A DNA stretch of 64,000 nt from Candidatus Culexmicrobium cathedralense (GTDB lineage: Archaea; Thermoproteota; Methanomethylicia; Culexarchaeales; Culexmicrobiaceae): assembly GCA_025061115.1 (NCBI GenBank), contig JANZKC010000004.1, positions 64,001 to 128,000 on the forward strand, given 5' to 3'. The stretch's first letter is position 1, and each line of letters opens with the position of its first letter. Positions 60,895-64,000 of the stretch are shown piece after piece. Both the position numbers and the translations under genes were made by a program. The notes below the pieces were generated by a model. The model was not told where the DNA came from and did not search any database. It saw nothing but the letters and a program-made list of their open reading frames with translations.

Positions 60895-63378
60895 ATGAGC
60901 GGTCCTGCCATTCCATCTCCAGAGGAGTTTCTGGGGTTTAAAGTCGGTGAGGATAGGAAGCTGGCTGATTGGAGTCAAATAGTCGAGTACTTCAAGAGGG
61001 TTGGAGAGCTTTCAGATAGGGTTAAGGTTGAGGTTTTGGGTTTAACGACTGAGGGCAATGAGTTTATACTGGCAGTAATTTCCTCTCCAGATACTTTAAG
61101 GGATTTGGAGAAGTATCGGCAGATTCAAATGAGGCTTCATAATCCGGAGGGGCTCAGCGATGAGGAGGAGAGGAGGCTAATTGAGGAGGGCAAAACGATT
61201 GTTCTCGTAACCTGCAGCATCCACTCCACTGAAATTGCTGCAAGTCAAATGTCGATGGAACTGCTGTATAGGCTTGCAACCGAGGAGTCTGAGGAAGTGC
61301 TGGAGATATTGAACAACGTCATTTTGCTCTTGGTTCCATCGCTAAATCCAGATGGAATAGTTAGGGTTGTTGATTGGTATAAGAGGACTTTGGGAACGAA
61401 GTATGAGGGCGTGTATCCTCCCTACATGTACCACAAGTACGTTGGCCATGACAATAATAGGGATTGGTTCATGTTCACTCAGGTTGAAACCAGATTGGCT
61501 GTGGAGAAGATCCATAATGTTTGGCATCCTCAGATAGTGTACGATTTGCATCAAATGGGATCCTATGGAGTTAGGTTTTGGCTTCCGCCATACATTGACC
61601 CCATAGATCCAAATGTGGATCCAATATTGCAGCAGGAGATAGTTTTCCTGGCTTCGTCCATGGCGAATGAGCTCATTGGCAGGGGCAAGAAGGGGGTGGC
61701 TTGCTACGCCATCTATGACGCGTATACTCCAGCTAGAGCTTATCAGCACTATCACGGTGGTGTTAGGATATTATCCGAGGCTGCGAGCGTTAAGATTGCA
61801 ACTCCAATTGAAATTAAGGAGGAGGAATTGAAGGTTAGAGGAGGCTTAGACCCTAAGGCTCAGAGGTGGAATAACCCCAATCCATGGCTGGGAGGCAAGT
61901 GGACTCTCAGAGACATAATAGACTATGAATTAATTGCAGTTATGGCTTGCCTCAGAAATGCAGCTAAATATAGGAGGATATGGCTTAAAAACACCCTACA
62001 GATATTTAAGAGGGCTTTGAAGCCCGAGTCCGGGCCATATGCCTTCCTAATACCTCCAAATCAAAGGGATCCATACAACATGTATTGGCTCCTAGAAATA
62101 TTGAGGACGGGCCAAGTTAGAATTCATCGAGCTAAAAGGGACTTTGAGGCTGAGGGGGCGGTTTACCCTGCAGGAACATACGTAATATATTACGCTCAGC
62201 CCTACGGCTGCTTCGCGAAGACGCTGCTTGAAGTGCAGAAGTACCCTGAGTTGAAGAGTGCGCCGGGAGAGCCCGTGAAAAAGCCCTACGACCTAACTGC
62301 TTGGACGCTTCCACTGCTCATGGATGTGAAGGTGGTCACCGTAAACAGGAAGTTTGAGGTTGAAGTTGAGGAGGTTCATGAAGTTAAGGCTCCGAGTGGG
62401 CGGATTATAGGCGGCGAGAAGGCTGAGTGCTACGTATTCACTCCCGAGTCAAATGCTTCGTACAAGTTGGCTGTAGCACTACTTAAAGAGGGATTCAAGG
62501 TTAGGAGGGCTGCCGAGCCCATAAGGGTGGGCGAAGATGGAGAGCTTCCTCCAGGGGCATTCATTGTTTTAGATCGGGATGGAGTTAAGCGTAAAATATC
62601 GCAATTGCTAGGGGAGTTACCATTAAAAGTGTATGGCTTAACTGAAATTCCCTCCGTAAAGGCGTTTGACGTTAAGCTTCCCAGAATAGCAATCTATCAG
62701 AGCTGGTTCCCAATAGCAGATGAAGGTTGGACGAGATTCATACTTGAAAAATTCGGCTACCCATATGAAACAGTTCACGACAAGGACATCAGAAGAGGGG
62801 GATTAAATGAGAGGTTCGACGTCATAATAATTCCAAGTCAAAAGCTCGAGGACATAATTAATGGTAGAAGCGAAAAGAATTATCCGCCGGAATACTGCGG
62901 AGGAATAGGTGAGGTAGGAGTAGAAAACCTGAACGAATTCGTAATTAATGGAGGAGTACTGGTAACCCTCAATCGAAGCTGCATGCTCCCAATAAAGAGG
63001 ATGTGGATACCGGTGAGCAATGCGCTGGAGGGATTAAGTGAGGAGGAATTCTACATTCCAGGAGCAATTCTGAGGGTAACCGTCAACACTAATCATCCAG
63101 TAGGGTATGGCATGCCCATCGATGCATCAGTGCTATTCGTCAATAGCCCGGCCTTCAAATGCCAGGAAAAGTACGTGGTGGCCAAGTATCCGCCGACAAA
63201 TCCACTCTTAAGCGGATATATCCTAGGCGAGCAGCACCTCCACAATTTAGCTGCAATAGCCGATGTTCCAAAGGGGAAGGGGAGAATAATATTGTTTGGG
63301 GCTCCAGTACAGTTCAGATGCCAAACGCCTGGAACATTCAAAATGCTATTCAACGCACTACTCTACCCTCAAACTTAG
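60895..63378 (+). CDS. M14-family zinc carboxypeptidase with C-terminal GATase-like domain
   Basis: IHSTE (HxxE), NPDG, DNNRDW, DLHQM; DEGWTRF; no signal peptide. Confidence 0.88.
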   Translation: MSGPAIPSPEEFLGFKVGEDRKLADWSQIVEYFKRVGELSDRVKVEVLGLTTEGNEFILAVISSPDTLRDLEKYRQIQMRLHNPEGLSDEEERRLIEEGKTIVLVTCSIHSTEIAASQMSMELLYRLATEESEEVLEILNNVILLLVPSLNPDGIVRVVDWYKRTLGTKYEGVYPPYMYHKYVGHDNNRDWFMFTQVETRLAVEKIHNVWHPQIVYDLHQMGSYGVRFWLPPYIDPIDPNVDPILQQEIVFLASSMANELIGRGKKGVACYAIYDAYTPARAYQHYHGGVRILSEAASVKIATPIEIKEEELKVRGGLDPKAQRWNNPNPWLGGKWTLRDIIDYELIAVMACLRNAAKYRRIWLKNTLQIFKRALKPESGPYAFLIPPNQRDPYNMYWLLEILRTGQVRIHRAKRDFEAEGAVYPAGTYVIYYAQPYGCFAKTLLEVQKYPELKSAPGEPVKKPYDLTAWTLPLLMDVKVVTVNRKFEVEVEEVHEVKAPSGRIIGGEKAECYVFTPESNASYKLAVALLKEGFKVRRAAEPIRVGEDGELPPGAFIVLDRDGVKRKISQLLGELPLKVYGLTEIPSVKAFDVKLPRIAIYQSWFPIADEGWTRFILEKFGYPYETVHDKDIRRGGLNERFDVIIIPSQKLEDIINGRSEKNYPPEYCGGIGEVGVENLNEFVINGGVLVTLNRSCMLPIKRMWIPVSNALEGLSEEEFYIPGAILRVTVNTNHPVGYGMPIDASVLFVNSPAFKCQEKYVVAKYPPTNPLLSGYILGEQHLHNLAAIADVPKGKGRIILFGAPVQFRCQTPGTFKMLFNALLYPQT

Positions 63379-63698
63379 CGTCACCCTCGCTTGAGAGAGC
63401 TACCTATTTGCCTTCAACCCATTTATATTGTTACTTGTACTATGTGAGCAGCCAACTTCCTGAGAGTAGCTGCGACATTAAATTGGAGAGCAGCTGGCTA
63501 TCAGAATGTAATCAGCTGGGTTAAGGGTTGAATCGGCGATGAATTTGCACCTATTAAGCCTGATGCAAACAGCCATTGCCTCATCGCCGACTTTGGTTGA
63601 GGCTCGAGGTTTTGGAGCAAGCGTAAGTGACTCGCGGATGATCGGCCAGACAATTTCAATGTCCAAGTGACGTTTCAGCACAACTTCATTTGAAGATC

Positions 63699-64000
63699 CT
63701 ACTGTGAAGGTACGCTTCTAACTTTTCTCTTGACAATTATGTCATACCCCTGAATTAGAGCGCCTAAAGCTAGTAGGATTTGGTGAGCGTGCCATTGATC
63801 CCTCAATACCTTCAGTAGGGGGTTTACTATTGGGACCTCATATTGGGTGTAGTTTTCAAAGTAGTTTATGGTGAGCTTCTCACCTTCAACTTTCAGCTCC
63901 CAGATCGTAATGGGCCTGGAGCCAAATTCAAACTCCTTACTGCGAGCATGAATATCGACCAATTCAGTTTCAATCTTGTATTCATACATAACTTTGCCGG
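63699..64000 (-). CDS. Hypothetical protein, C-terminal part (frame open to window end)
   Basis: No stop upstream of 63989 within the window; hydrophobic C-terminal segment. Confidence 0.5.
   Translation of the reverse strand, partial: GKVMYEYKIETELVDIHARSKEFEFGSRPITIWELKVEGEKLTINYFENYTQYEVPIVNPLLKVLRDQWHAHQILLALGALIQGYDIIVKRKVRSVPSQ

Noticed and set aside
63478-63681. LDIEIVWPIIRESL resembling the tail of a HepT/DUF86 toxin
   Set aside because: Match too short, with no RxxxxH motif or antitoxin partner

Overview
Archaeal chromosome segment, most likely TACK/Thermoproteota (Rpo8-like subunit, SmAP3-type Lsm, Alba, aCPSF1, EgsA, BHB-type tRNA introns); the exact lineage cannot be fixed from sequence alone. 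Positions 1-39.3 kb are mostly dense core genes (fen, cdc48, ef1b, truD, aspS, sucCD, tgtA, rtcA, psmB, fttA, cdc6). They are interrupted by an AT-rich two-gene island after tRNA-Val and by a five-gene block: a divergent TFB paralog, a VirB11/TadA-type ATPase, two TadB/TadC-like membrane proteins and a tiny Flp-like class III pilin. Positions 39.3-64 kb hold four of the seven tRNAs, fae-hps, acdA and accessory genes for peptide use and transport, several of them frameshifted or remnant. Three tRNAs carry introns; tRNA-Leu has two, one in the variable arm. Features absent from the ORF track include rpl40e, an ORB-like box before cdc6, a 45-bp exact repeat inside cdc48, and a box C/D sRNA whose two guides both match the tRNA-Lys(UUU) in this window (predicted Um34 and Cm13). 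Top candidates for something new: the TFB-linked Tad/Flp-like pilus locus, a PspA/ESCRT-III-superfamily-like protein, and a queT plus stand-alone ArcS-domain pair with a structured leader. All family calls come from motif recognition by eye; no database searches were run.
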